Below are positions 22,772 through 36,475 of a DNA stretch of 64,000 nt, piece after piece. The notes below the pieces were generated by a model, which was given only the letters and a program-made list of their open reading frames with translations, made no database searches and was not told the DNA's origin. The translations under genes and the position numbers were made by a program. Source of the DNA: Phyllosticta citribraziliensis (Eukaryota); NCBI RefSeq assembly GCF_038025025.1, contig NW_027117345.1:1860001-1924000 (forward strand), written 5' to 3'. The first letter of the stretch is position 1. Each line of letters starts with the position of its first letter.

Positions 22772-25012
22772 TTGCGCTGAAGCAGCAGAAAGATGCAGCG
22801 GTTGTGAAGCTCAGATGACCCTCCAAGCCCCGGGGTGCAGGCAGGCAGGCAGCGAGCGGCTAGATTGATGCGTTGGCAGCTACCACCTGGTAGCTTTTGG
22901 TTATCGCCGTTGGTTGTAGGTAGGTAAGCTGGGTGGGCGGGCGGATGCGTGACGGGTGATCCGCGATGGTCGTGATAGGAGAGATTGATTTGCGTGGTGG
23001 TGGTGTTGTGTTGGTGGTTGTCGTCGTCGTCGAGGATGATCGCCGGGCAATCGTCGTCGTTTGCGCCGTCAGCTGGGGCCGCACGACTTGCAAAAATCAA
23101 CCTCTCAATCAAGGAATGCAGGCATGACACGCTCTCGAGGCCGTCATCGTGGTTTTAACTGCGACCTTGATTCACCGTCGCGTAAGGCTGTAGACCGAAC
23201 GGGCCATGACGCTGCACCAGACCCGTCTGAGCAGGCTCATTCATCATGACGCATCGCGCCAATCTACGTGTGTAGTTACACACTACCGATCATGTACAGC
23301 AGCACCTTTGCCAACGAAAAAGCTACCCCCACTTCACCAATGAGTACTGTAGATTGTATATACGTATCATCATGAGCAACAACAATGCCCCCGCCTGCCA
23401 TACCTGCCATAAAGAGGTCTACCTACCCATCCAGTCCTAGCACGCGCACAGATGGGCAGACGCGGCGGCGGGCACGCAAAGTCCATCCATTCGACGTGAT
23501 CGACCACCCCGAGAGAAACACGGACCAAGCCGCGCGCGCATCACCAAAAAGCGACGAAGAAATTTTTCCCCTGCCCCTGCGCCCTCTCATGTATTTCGTA
23601 ATTCAGGAGGAGCAGCAGGAGGGGTACGTACTGTCGTTAATGCACAAGCAGCGGCGGTAGTAGTAGTAGCAACAGCAGCCAGGCAAATAATTAACAAACA
23701 ACGTCCCCTTACCCCGTTCCCGTCCGCGTCCCCGGCTGTCTGTCTGTCCCCACCACCGGAAGAAGCCGCCATAATGCTGAGCCAGACGAACGAACAGACA
23801 GATAGACGGGCCGCGCTCTGCTACATGATGCTATGCTATGCCATGCCGACCAAGTTGTTGACATCATCATCATCGATGATGCAGTTATACAAGTGAGTGG
23901 ACACGGGGGAAAATTGGTGGAGTAGGTATAGGATACTGTTCTCTTGTTATGTGGATGAGGATAAGGCATCAACTCTTCTTCTTCGCCTCAACTACTACTA
24001 CTACTCCTACCACTTTTCCCTCCTTCCCTCTCCTTCGCTCTTTCGTCTCATCACATCCCGATTCCCGTATCCTCCCGCTCTTCTCCGGGACTCCACTCCA
24101 CTCCCAGGAGGTTAAAAAAAAAAAGAGAGAAAAAAGAACAGACATTATAAAAAAAGTCTTCAAGCTTCAAATGCACTCTCAAAAACGTAATGGTTTTCCC
24201 ACTTCCCCTCTCTCTCCATGATACGTACAAGTACAGTAGTAGTGGTAAAAGTAGTAGGTAGTGTAGTAGTAGTCTCCATCATCCACCGCCTCCAGTCCGT
24301 ATAATGTTACAAACGACAGGGCTGCCCGCCTGGCTAGGCTGGGCTGGCTAGCTGGCTGGCTTGGTTCCAAAACGGCCGCCGCCCCCGCCCCGCCAGCCCA
24401 CCTGCCCACCTGCCTCCCGGTATGCTCCGATCTGGCATGTGAAACTACTGGCTGCTCCCGTCCTCTCTCTCTCGTTCTTTCACTTGCTTGACCCCCACTC
24501 CACCCCACTCCATTCCCCTGAGCATCCTCGCTCGCGTCCACATGCCCGCGCATGCATGCGAGCGAGCCATTTTTTTCTTCGTCGTCCGCTCTTTGTCGGC
24601 TGGCTGGCTTGCGCCTTTGTGGCCCCCGACAAAAGGGTACTCACGCCCGCCATCCACAATGAAATAAAATCAAAGAGCGAGAGAGAGGGAAGAAAGTTTG
24701 AAGAGAGAGAGAGAGAAAAAAAAAAAAAGAAAAAAAATTCGTGAGCCTCGTGCTGAAGAACAAGTGCAACATGGTATCCCGGAAATTTTCAGCACAGAGA
24801 AACTTCACCCCCTTTCCCGTTCCAACCCCGCGGAGTGCCCTCTCCCAAACAAAAACACCGCGCGGGAGAGCAAAAAACCCATTAAAACACTTAAAATCAA
24901 TCAAAAAGAGTCGCCAGACACCGCCACGCTATGTTTGTGAGAAATGCAATCAAGTGTCCTCTGCAGACCACAGGGACGCGTCCGTCTGTCCACATGACAA
25001 GTCGTAATGAAG

Positions 25013-25356
25013 CTACCATCCACGTTCGTGATATTCTTGCAGGCCGCTGTCAAAGTAATTCGTCGTCCAGGAGTTGTTGCCCTTTGCAGCGGGGTTTTCC
25101 TTGAGTGTCGGAAGAGGCGCTGGTTGAGGCTCACCCGGGTAATGCTTCAGGTTCTTCACATCGGTCGACGTATGTCTCCGCTTGAGAACGGCATTGTTGG
25201 TGGAATTCTTTTGCTGGCGTTCCCACAACAAGTGTTTCCTCAGCGACTCGGTCAGCTCGGTGGTGAGCATGTTTCGCCTAGTCGTCCGAGGAGACAATGC
25301 TGGTTGTGCAGCATGAGTGTTGGAGGTAGTCATGATGATGGGTTTCGACCGTGGAA

Positions 25357-25388
<32 letters not shown>

Positions 25389-26832
25389 GTTTCGGGAGCG
25401 GGTTCGTATCGGAGAGTGTTGGTGGTGGGAGAGGCAGCAATGGACGGGCCGTTGGGCGAAGTATTTTTGGATCGTCTCAGCGCAGGAGTCGATTGCGAGG
25501 CGGCGTTTTGTAATGCTTGGGCCCGGTCGCCCTCGTGCATCAGGGTAGTGAGAAGGGAGCGACGCGAAGTCAGGTTCGGTTTGGAGTCGACTCGTTGGAA
25601 CGACACCTTTTCTTCGACGCTAGCCGGTCCACTGTCCGTCTCCGAATCCTCCCACTGATCCTCGTCGTCGTCCTCGATGGCACTCTCCGACACCTCTTCG
25701 TCGCTATCACTTTCAAACACGTCTTCGTTTTCGTATGCCTTGGCAAGTGCTCTTGACGAGGTCATTTGTTCAAACGAGGGCTGTTTCCGTGCAATGGGCT
25801 TCCTCAGGCCGTCGGAGAGCGAACTGCGAGCATTGGTTCGTATTTGGGCCATTTGCATGTGAGTCTCAAGGGAGGAGTCCCCTCCCTCGTCCGAGGAGCC
25901 GCCAAGCGTGAACATGGCTCCCTTTTTCTTTTGCACAGGGGCGGGCTGCGTATTTTGAGGGGCGACCTTTAGGGTGGGAATGGGTTGCGGGTGTGGCTGC
26001 AAGTTGGTCTTGGAGCGATAGGAAGACGAAACGCGACCAGGCGAGAAGCCGCGGACGACGCTATGGGAACTGCAGTCTGTCGAAGTGCTAGTGTCAGAAC
26101 CAACAACGGGAGGACTGAGTTTTGAAAGATCGCTGTCGACGGCGGTGGCCACGGTCGAGGTCGACGACTCCGGGACCATCTGCGGCTGGGCGGTGGAACG
26201 CGGCGTTGTGTCCTCGGCGCGAGGCTCTTCCTTTTCACACAAGGATGGCATCTGCTGCACGGGCGGAGGCATGGGAAGTGGCGACAAGGGTTCCAGTTCC
26301 TTCTTCTCTTTGATTGAAATGACTAGGCTTTCAAGGTCAATGGGAGTTATGTGCTTTTCGGTCCCTCGGTTGCGGCTTTCGGTGGAGTCGAGTCTCCGAA
26401 TCTGAGGGCGTGCCGAGGAGGTGGTCTGGAGGGTTGCTATGCTGTTGACACGGTCGTCCGACACGTCGGATTCGAGGCTGGAAGAGAGGGCAGGCACAGA
26501 CATTGAGCCCGAATCGGAGCCCTTGCGGGTGAAGGACCAGGAGGGAGTGTCGAAGAGGGAGGGCGAGGGGGTGGGGTGGTCGGGAGCGCAGCAAAAGGTC
26601 TCGCGGTTCCAAAGACGCCAGCTGAGGTTTTCGAGACGCTTGCCTTCATCCAAGGAGTCGGAGCATTTGGCAAAGACTGCGAAGGTCAGGGTCAGCGGGG
26701 TGGAGACGGATGGAACCGAAGGGGTGGCTCACTCGACCAGAGACCAAACAATTGCTCAGGCGAGCGCGTGTCGACGGTGTGGATGGCAGCCGACTCGACC
26801 TGCAGTATGGGGACCTGCGACTTGAAGGGCAT
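25013..26832 (-). CDS. Mks1-like regulator (DUF1752 N-terminus + DUF3295 C-terminus), 2 exons
   Basis: MPFKSQVPIL...LFGLWS|IFAKCSDSLDEGKRLENLSWRLWNRETFCC (DUF1752-type, resembling the yeast Mks1 N-terminus). C-terminal LSPRTTRRNMLTTELTESLRKHLLWERQQK and YHERGW end. One short intron at about 26678-26732. Confidence 0.85.
25356..25388. repeat. (GTT/AAC)n trinucleotide repeat encoding a poly-Asn tract in the Mks1-like protein
   Basis: About 11 consecutive AAC/AAT-type codons, giving ETNNNNNNNNNNIPR. Confidence 0.9.
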
Positions 26833-28138
26833 GGTGACGGCTCGCGACTTGTCGGCCGTCGCGATGGGGGAGGACGTTGGCGGAGCGATGAGGATTGGCG
26901 ACGTGTATCCGGGGGATTGTCGTTGTGGAAAGTGTGGAGAAGGGTTAGGTGTGGATTGGAATAAGGGATTGCAAAGGGCGAGTTTTGACAAGCAAAGGGC
27001 TGTTTCCGATTGCGTCAAGGCTCTTGTTGATCGGCAGGGCCGAGTTGGGGTCGGATGGGATTGAATGCAGGCGTTCGCGCTGCGCTCATAAGTAATGGTG
27101 CATGCCCTTGAGCGTGGCAGAAGCGGAGGGTGAGACACGGTGTCGCGGTGGTTTGCGGGAAGTGGAGTGGTGGTGGTGGTGGTGGTGGTGGGTAGAGAAG
27201 TAGAGTAGGTGAGGTGGGAGTTGGAGGGTGAGTGTGAGTGGCGGCCTTGCAGCGGGCGGGCGGCGAGGGCGAGGGGGGGGTGGCAGAGCCAGAGCCAGGT
27301 GGGTGCCAATGCCTGCCGGGTAGGTACGAGGAGGGCGAGGGCGAGGGCGAGGTGAGGTGAGGGCGCAGCGCAGCGCAGGGCAGGGCAGCACGGCGGAAGC
27401 GGGCGACGTGGAGTGGACTGGATTGAAGTCGGAGACGGACGTGGACGCGGGCGGCGGGAGGCGGGTGAGAAAGCTGGGGTGTTGGCTGGGTTTTGTCGTT
27501 CATAAGAGGGCGAGGATCAGTGCCTTTTGTCTGTCTGACAAGTCAACGGCACACGCGCATGGACGGCTGTCTTCACTGGCCTGGCCTGCGAGGGCTTGGG
27601 CTCTGGCTTGGGCTTGGGGGGAGGGAGGTGGGCAGGCATGGGCATGGGCATGGGCATGGGCATAGGCACTACCTTAGGCAGGGCAGGGTACGGGGGTGCC
27701 GTCCGTGGCATCGAAATCGGCTCCAGGCGCGGGCAACACAACCAACGGATACGGTGGATGCAAGTCACACGCCCTGCCGCATCCGACCACCCACGACCTG
27801 CCTGACCTGAGCGAGAGAGATGGCAGTGCCACGCGCGACAGCTGGCCACGGCATGAGCGAGGTGTTGATGGAATTATTCACCTGGCAGCCGGAGTCCCGT
27901 CGCCTTCACTTCACGTGTACTGTACCGTACGGTAGCGAGCTTCTGCCGGCGGAGCTCGCCTGCTTCACGGTCTAGCCTCTGCTGCTCTCCACTCTTCTCT
28001 CTGCGGCGCCTTTCCGGCCACGATGATTCAAGACTGCGGCTGACCCCAACTCCAAAGGACTTGTGTCCGTATGCCGCCCCGGTTTTCCTGCTTCACCGGT
28101 GGCCATTGCAACAGTCTCTTCTCTTGACGGCTGGAGGT

Positions 28139-28139
<1 letters not shown>

Positions 28140-28170
<31 letters not shown>
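28140..28170. repeat. (CTGAGC)5 microsatellite, one of many simple repeats in the 13.5-19, 23-25 and 27-32 kb non-coding tracts
   Basis: ctgagc x5, seen directly. Similar tracts: (GGCATG)n near 27635-27661, poly-C near 30082-30104, (CGT)n near 34873-34905, poly-A near 14021 and 22330. Confidence 0.9.
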
Positions 28171-31100
28171 TTCGCTTCGCCACGCCATGCCACGCCACGC
28201 CACGCCACGGGGCTCAGCCACAGCCGAATCACATGCCACGAGGAATTTTCTGATTCTCTCCTCAACCCACACGCCCGCGACGAGTCAAAACAGCTACCCG
28301 CCGTGACGTCGCCGCTGTTTTGCTCTCGTCATCCCGTCAATCAACTCCAACTCTCGCTATGCGCTGCTCAATTGACAGTCATTTGACGAGTCTCACCGGG
28401 TTACGTTAGGCCAGGCCCCGCGTGTGCAACGACCCAGCTGCTTTCAGCGCTGAGGTGCCTGTGCCTCCAAACCCATAGGAACCCAACAGGCAGTAAGCCC
28501 AGATGACTGTTTGCAAACCTGCAGTGCCGGTCAAGATACAACCCTGAATACCTCCTGGACGCCCACCTGATCATGGGCCCTGCTTCATACCTACATGTAC
28601 CTAACTACCTACTGTACCTACCTACCTACCTACCCCACAGAATCCGCCTCTCCGCAACCGACCGACTACTTGCCACGCCGTCGACCCCCCTCCCCATTGC
28701 TCTGCTCTGCTCTGCTCTGCCGTTTCCATCCTCGACTCCCTTCACGTGTCGCACATCTCCCACTAACCAACCCCAGCCGGAGGAGCCCGCTCGTGATCCA
28801 ACAAACGCTCCTCCTTCTCCGCTCTGTCAAACGACCGTCCCTCCATGCGCCCGTTGCATGATTGCACCTGTGCCGCTGCTTGCCTGCCTGCTTGCTTGCT
28901 CAATCGCCTCGCTTCATTGCATATCAATCCACCTTCCCCGGAATATTTGCTCCACGTCACATCAGCCTCCCCACGTCGTCGTCCACACTGTCTCGGAGCC
29001 TACATGCTTCTTGCTCAAACCGTGACGTGCCCCGGCAAGGGGTTTTTGCCCTCTCCCTCCATCTTCGGCTGCCGTGCAACAAAGGCGGTCAAAGTCAGAC
29101 AATTACCCTCTCGCCCTCAGCTGGTGCCTGCCAACCTCGGCGTCGAAACGGCGGCGCCTGGGCACCCAACCAACCAGGCTGACATGAGTGCCGTGAATCG
29201 CAAAAACTACTGCACACACGGCATCGGGATGACAAACACGGTTTCGTCCCATGTCCGGTGGCCGTCTGATGTTTATCAATGACACGCCCAGCAGGGGGCG
29301 AGCCTCGACAGGAGCCCATTCCTTCTCTCGTTGCTTCAGCCGTCCTTTTGGGCCAAGGAAGACCAGTTCCCCGGTGCAACTGGCTAGACAGATACCAGGC
29401 ACCAGGACAGGGCGGTTTTGGGTTGCTCGCTAGACTCGTTTGGGCCATGGCTGGGGTCGCGTGCATGGCTCCGGCTGATGACATTCCGCCGTCCTGGCCA
29501 AGGTGTACCTTTTTTCTTATTTTTTTTTATTTTTCTTTCCTCCAACTGCCGAATCCTCTACACGTTCATATCACGATTCCTGCACTAACCAGCTTCAATC
29601 ATCATCACCACGGGACCGCGCCGTGCCGCTGCCTGCGTCGCTAATGCGCCCTGCGCTCAATCCGGGTCGAGCTCATATCTTTCCAGGGTACATTCGACCA
29701 TGTCGAAGCATGTTCCGCTCCATTTGGTACTCGCAGCGTTGGGAGCACTCTACTCGCACTCACGGGGACCATCTCCGTGGTGAAAACAACCTTCACCGTC
29801 TTGCGCCACAACACCATGACGCAGTCGGCCACCAAAACAAAACACGACTCCCATTTATCCCGGACCTGTAGGCTGCGTCCCGGGGAACACTTTCCCGTCA
29901 ACAGGCTTCTGCAAAAACAGCCCCATCTGCACGAGTCTCACTCTCGGCCAATGCGCAAAGGGTCTGACTATGCAACATCCCACGCCGGGCTGGTCATCTG
30001 CCTCCGAGCCCTCCTTTTTCTCAACTCCTTCCGCACATCCGCTGCTCCTGCGGTCCAACGACTCGGGTGCACAGTTGTGTACCCCCCCCCCCCCCCCCCC
30101 CCCCACCGCGCAGCATACAAGGTCGGAAATTGGAGCGCTTGGAATCTGCGCCGCATTGACGGATGGGGGCCGTGTGTGCTTCCCCTTTGGTCGACGAGTC
30201 GACACCGCCAGTTTGCAGTTGAGGGTGCCGGCGAAACTCGACACCATGGCGACGACATTGGACGAGGGGCTGTGAGATGCAATTTCCTCCTGATCGTCGA
30301 CATGGCTTTCTGCAAAGGGGCCAGAGAAACAAGACATCCAACCGCAGCGCACAGACGGCTTGAGACCCTAGTTTCTTGGGTTCGCGGGGAAATGCACGAG
30401 CAACACACACCACCACGGTCAATGCCCTCGTCTGTGTGAGATTTGAATGCTACTTGAGCTGATCCATCCGCCCGTCTGGCTTGACTCGTGTTACCTGCTC
30501 GACATGGCAGCTCGACTGACGCTTCTCCGACGTCCAGGTTTCTCCGTCCCTTACGATAATGCAATCGTCGCTATCTCTCCCCATCCCACGCCCGCTGAGA
30601 TAGATGTACGCGCCACGGCATCGGACTGGTGAGCTTCGTAGCCGAAGCGCCCACGTGCACCACAGCCCCGGCGTTCCGCGCTGTCGGGACCCCAACGAAC
30701 GGCTCTGGTGTTGGTTCCGCCTCTCCTTGTCGGATCTGGAGCTGGACACTGCGCCAGACGTGTTTGACTTGTCGTAATGATATGCTGACAGTGTGGTGTC
30801 CACCAGGGCGTTGATGATGCCCTAGAATATTCTGGATTCGGGCATGCAGAATCGTCACTTGATTTCATTGAGCCCCCTTTGACCGTCGACCGTGGCTGGG
30901 ATGCCGTTCTCGAATAATGTCCTTCTTGGCAGACTTGACTGCTTAGACAATCAACCGAAACAATAACCCAGACGGACGGCATTTGGCGAGGGCACCAAAG
31001 CATCCCTTGCGGCAGTCTGAACACCACACACCACGACATTTCAGCAGCCGTGAAATCGACATGCGTGCGGTGAGGGCGAGGGCATAGGGCTCCTCACGCC

Positions 31101-32617
31101 GCAGCTGGGTTCATCAGCTGTCAGATCAATGTAGCAATTCCAGCACGGGAGGGGGTGGTCACGGCAGAATCACGACCAATTCCCCGGGTCTCGCACACGA
31201 TGCACTCGCCGAGATACTGCGAGTGCCGACCAAGAATGGCGACGACCTATTGATGCGTGCAACCAGTGTGTTGTTTTCCTGCTGCTTCGAACTGCTCACG
31301 CGCACCACGGCCAGACCGGCATTCCTTGTTCGAGACGGGGAGCTGGCATCGAGTGCAGAGACACGTGCGTGCGACCAACACAGCATCCAGCTGCCGAACG
31401 ACTCCCAATAATAAACACGACGAGCTTGGGGACTGCCTGCCCCTGGAGACGACCTCCATCGACCAGCGCACACCAAAATAGTAACCCGATCATGCGAGCA
31501 AGATGCTTGTCGATTTTTCCCCTCTGAGCCCACGTCGACGCGCATCGTGGACAAACTGCATGTACATGCGGCTTTGCAACGTCAAAAGACAGCCTCGCCG
31601 GCAACATTCCGAGTCCAGACCAGCCGTACCGGTTTCACGCCGTACGAAGCGACTTGCGAGCCCGTCTCAGGCGAGTCAGGTGCAGCCGCCTCGCCTCTCA
31701 GCTGTCCGGGCGTGCAAAGTCTCAACTGCCAACATTCATCAAAGGAATGTCGCGATACGTCACCGGCCCAAGCCCCGAGTCAGCGGCGGGCAGCCGCGGG
31801 GTACTCCAACAACCTGGGGTCAGGCTGGGGTCAACACCAAACAACTCATCATCATCATCATCAGCATCGTCATCTCCGCAATTCAAGCTCCGCATCTCCA
31901 TGTCGCAGCTCGCACCAGCGCGGCCCTCGTCCCGTCGCTTCGCTACCATCAACGTCATTGCTCCGGCCGACGGCGGCGCACGGTGCCTCCCGTCCGTCCG
32001 TCCGGCCAGCACAGCACCTCTTTTCGTCTCGTGATGGCGCAGAAATATTATCCCTCATCAGCGACGTCGAGGCACGTTGTTTGACGGCGAGAATCCGCTT
32101 CGGACAGGACGCCCCACTGCACCGCAGTCGCACATGGCGCAAGCGCCAATGACATGACCACGACCCGGGACACAGTCAGCAGCATGCGCGGCGGGCAGCC
32201 TAATTGAGCCTCTGCCCATCCCATTGCCCCAGCAATTGCCCAAAGCGGCCATCGTCAGCGCTTGTTTTCGGCCTCTCGATTGCGAGTGTTGTGTCGTCCT
32301 TTTCCTTTTTCTTTTCCAAATCGTCATGAGGCGGCTGCTGCTCTCCTGACTAAAGCAGAACGATGTGTGCGTTGCCACGCCGCCGACGGGGCCCCGACGA
32401 CTGCATCTGCTTCTCACATCAGCCCTACCTACTACTACCCTATATTATCGCGTCTATGATATGAGGCTATCCTTCTTTGGGCCCCAATCTTGGTCCCTGG
32501 CTTTGGCGGTCGCGCTCGGTCCACGCTGTCCCTGGCCCAAATCCCCCGCGGCGGTTGTTGCCATTCGCCCCTCTCCACAATTCTCGGAGCCGGGGTGGCA
32601 CTCTCTGACTCTGCTCC

Positions 32618-32810
32618 TTGGGGTAGGTAGTTATGGGCATCGGATCTCGCCCGGCGGTCGGGGTCGGGGGCTCATCACTCTGGTGGCTCATGACTTCTCC
32701 TTTGACGCCCCCGTCCGTCGTCTGTATCTCTGGCCCACCAGCAGGTCAGGCGCACACGGCGAATCGTACGACTCGACCCGTGGCCCGACGCAAAAAGGAC
32801 ACTCGTCGGT
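32618..32810 (+). repeat. Diverged direct repeat, copy 1 (partner at 40359-40535)
   Basis: Shared core caggtcaggcgcacac..ggcgaatcgtacgactcgacYcgtggcYcgacgcaaaa(a)ggacactYgtcggt, with upstream ttggggta..ggatctcg..cggcggtc..ctcatgactt..tttgacgccc..gtctgYatctctg in both copies. Confidence 0.9.
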
Positions 32811-33287
32811 GTACGGACGTACCTTCTACGACACTCATCAGCTGGAGGACGATGCCTCCATGGATTGATTGACGCGCCATCGGAATGCTCGAATCGCACC
32901 GTTTTGCTCTCCCTACAGAATCCTGTCTAATGCAGCAATCTCTTCAAACTGATAGTCTCTTGTCCATCTCACCGTTCAATGTAACTTTCAGCTGATTGCA
33001 TTGTTACGCGCTGCGCAACATTCTGTCATTGTACCTTCTACAACTAACATGTCCAACTCACTGCCTGCAGCGACAAGCTGATTTCATCACGTCAATCGTT
33101 TGGCAAAAATGTCTGGGTGGAAAAAGAAAAACTCTATTCATGCTATCTCTGCTACACCACGAATCTAGATGTTCGTTCGGGGCACCTGCAATCTGTGAAA
33201 AAACCAGTGAGTGCACTACCTGTAGTAGCAATTTGGCAACAACTCTCCGAACCTGTGACCGACCAGTGGCTCAAGACGACCGCCGAC

Positions 33288-33905
33288 TTACATTGGATTG
33301 CAGCCCTCCTGGTCCTTCTCTCCGGTCTTCTGCGGCGCGACACGGTTGGGCAAAATGCGCTCGACGCGCCGCGGCGCACGCGAATCAGCCACGGCCCTCT
33401 GCAGAGCCGGCGGCGGGACGTCCACCTTGCGGGTGCCCATGGGCGACACGGCGCGCTCCATGCCGGCCAGCGGGTTGCGGGTGCGCTTGGGGCGGAACGG
33501 GTCACTCATGGCGAAGTTGGGGTTGTGCCGGACGGTCCTACCCCAGTACGAGTCCCTGAGCGCGAGGGCGACGCCATCCACGTCCTCCTTGTCGTCGCGG
33601 CCCTCGTCCGTCGCGGGCGGGTAGCGCGCCTCGAACAGCGCCAGCTCGCCCGCCTTGATCTTCCAGTTGCTGTACGCGTCGGAGAACTTGTCGTCGGCCG
33701 TCGTCGTCGCCATGGCCTGGATCTCCCAGTACTCGACCTCGTCGCGCAGGTGCGCGCGGTGCGCGGCGATGAAGCGCGATTTGACCGCCGCGCCGCCGCC
33801 CTTTTGGAGAGCTAGGCGGTGCGTCTCGACTTCCAGGCCGTCGAGCCGCACGCCTATCCACTCGTCGTCGAGTGCGAGGTCGGTTTGCTTGTTGTTATTG
33901 GCCAT
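33288..33905 (-). CDS. Hypothetical orphan protein (about 205 aa)
   Basis: ATG in good context (accATGgcc) giving MANNNKQTDLALDDEW..., with strongly G/C-ending codons over most of the ORF. No family recognised. Confidence 0.6.
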   Translation of the reverse strand: MANNNKQTDLALDDEWIGVRLDGLEVETHRLALQKGGGAAVKSRFIAAHRAHLRDEVEYWEIQAMATTTADDKFSDAYSNWKIKAGELALFEARYPPATDEGRDDKEDVDGVALALRDSYWGRTVRHNPNFAMSDPFRPKRTRNPLAGMERAVSPMGTRKVDVPPPALQRAVADSRAPRRVERILPNRVAPQKTGEKDQEGCNPM

Positions 33906-34870
33906 GGTTTTGTTCGCTTCGGTCGAAAGAAAGCGGTGGACTTTTGCTGCTGGAGAAGGACCCAAGGGCTTTTATACTGATTTCGATTGTGGAAACGTTG
34001 CCATTGTTCTGGATATGGTGCTGCTGATAGCTGGCTGTGTGTTGTAGGTGAAGGAATCCACAAGATGGAGATGAGTACCAGGGCGGATGGATCCAGCCAG
34101 CAGTAGTCACCTTGATCGTGCGACTGCCAAAAGTTCGCCCTCTCAAGCCTACCTAAACACTTCGAGATTTCAATGCCTCGCAAACTTTTCGATACGGGCA
34201 GTCCTACAAACGAAAAGGTCGTCGAGATGTTTTTGAAGTGAAGGACTGAAGGTTACGCACGCACTCGCCGGTGGCTGCCAACACGGTGGGTGGCGGACAA
34301 AGACATTGTTTTGAAGGTCACCAACTTTCTCGAGCAGAGAGACTTACCAGATGTCATTCACCCACCCGCTCAAAAACCACTTCCCACAGGGACACGGAAA
34401 ACAATGGCCTCTTCCAGTGCTGGTGGGTACACTCTCCCTCCCTTCACTCGACCCTCTCGGTCAGCTAGCTCCACGACTCACAAACCACTCTCTCACCCCA
34501 GCAGGTTGCTGCAGCTCTGCGCACCAGACCAGACTGCAGTCCGACATGGCAGGTCTCCGCGTCCTGTCGTTTCAATATCCCATAAACAGCCAGCCGCCCG
34601 CTCCGCACACTCTTCTTCTTTGTACGTCTGCCTCAGCCAGCTCCCCGCCCTGCCTGCTCGACACGCCGAGGCCAGGATGAGGCAAGCCGTACTGGATGAA
34701 CGTCGAGCACGACGCGGTCCTCAGGCTTGGGGAGCAATCGCGGTGGAGCCGCTGGATTGGCGAGGAAGGGCTGAGTAGGTGCCGCACGACTTCTGTGGCG
34801 ATAGGGGGGCCGTTGCTTCGCGCCCAAGAAGTCTCCCGTAAACGACGAGCAGCACGCCATGTCGCCGAGC

Positions 34871-34907
<37 letters not shown>

Positions 34908-36475
34908 GAAGGCGCGTGCGTTTTGCCAACGGGCTGTTGCGTGAGTGCCGGACCAACAACAGCAACGACAACGACAACAACAACGTAGAGCTGAGCTCTG
35001 CAATAGTGGCATGCCCAAACCCAAAAGGTTGGTGTGTCGCAGTTGGCATCATGACTGAAGAGACAGAATAAAACAACAGAGACAGCAGGAGCTTCTTTTC
35101 TCCTTTGTCTGACTGGTGCCTCTTGAAAAACACGATTTCCTTATCATCGACCCGGAATTCGTTGGCCGCATACAGAGTTTCGCGGCTTTCCCTTTGCTCT
35201 TACGACTTACTGCAGTGTTTTCCCTGGCATTCATACCAAAACACATATGAAAGCAGTAAGTCTTACAGAAAGCCTGTATTGAATCAATTTTCCTTTCCCA
35301 AAATGAGTCCTTTGCTAATGTGACTCGTGCATAGGTCTTGAAGCTGTCGAGGCGGCGCTAGTGAACCGGCAATTGTTTTCCTATCTGAAAGCGAGGTGAT
35401 GCAAAGAGTTGATTTCCGTTCACCACGCGAGCCTTCCCAGTACGAGGCTTTCCTTCCAAAGAATTGTCACTGTACTGATGCTATTCACGAAGAGATCTTG
35501 AAGCCGTCAGTGTGCGAATCATCCCAAATGCTCCCTTATCCCCCGACGAGGTGTAAGGAGTTGGTGTCTTTTTGCCAAGCGAGCTATCCGTATACGAGGT
35601 ACGAGGTTTGGAAGTAAAAGTTGTGCCACAGTTTTGATAGCAACCGCAGAAGGAAGGGGAAAACCTTCCTCTCAAAGCTGTGCGCCACGACTTGCCCTGG
35701 CTAGCAAGCCTCCCGCCGGTTGGAGCATGTCGGCGCTTCGGCACAATGATGTCAGCATTTCCCAATCCAGTTACTTGACATTCTCCCCACCACTCGTCCT
35801 CGCAGAAACCGCGGAACAGAGAGCATTCATCTGCTTAACTTCTTCTACTTGCTCTGCTCCTTTGCCTTTTACTAATCCTTCGAGAGCATCCCCATGAGCC
35901 TCGGGCGGATTGATTTGCGGAGATTGCCGCGACTTTCCTGAAAAGGGTAAAACAAGCCCAAGTCTCGCTCTCGCATTTGCACCTCACCCGCACCCCGCTT
36001 CTCAGTCGCCAAGTAAACCATGATCGTGCCACGATCTTATCATCTTGTTGCATCATCCGGAGCTTCGTTATGATTAGTATGCCCAGACGCATGCTAATCT
36101 GTACTAGGGTCAACACCATCCCGCTGCATAGGCACGATGCATTTAGTTTCCTCGGGACCGACGAGATTAAGATCTCAATCCTCGGTTATACCGAAAGCCT
36201 ACTGGTCATATTCATGGATGTAACTATAAACAACACCATCCCTAGGGGCTACCTTGCTTTACAGATCTGCCTTTTTGATGTCTTATCCAGATGCTTCTAC
36301 ACCACTAGCTCAGATAGGGAACAAGCGCCACAATCTGCAGTCCCCCCACTGATCGTCATGTCTAACATATGGGCCTTGAACCGAGCTCTCAAGTAGCTGC
36401 CCGCCTGCTTGGCCGCTTTGTTTTCCATCTTCGTTTCTTGGAGCAGTCAAGCACAGCACAATTCGGTCCAGCACA

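Noticed and set aside
34271..35130. Overlapping ORFs between the orphan gene and OPT
   Set aside because: Driven by (CGT)n and (CAA)n repeats; no coherent gene model.
35861..35875. GCCTTTTAC, identical to U5 snRNA loop I
   Set aside because: The flanks do not form the closing stem and no Sm-site context is evident.
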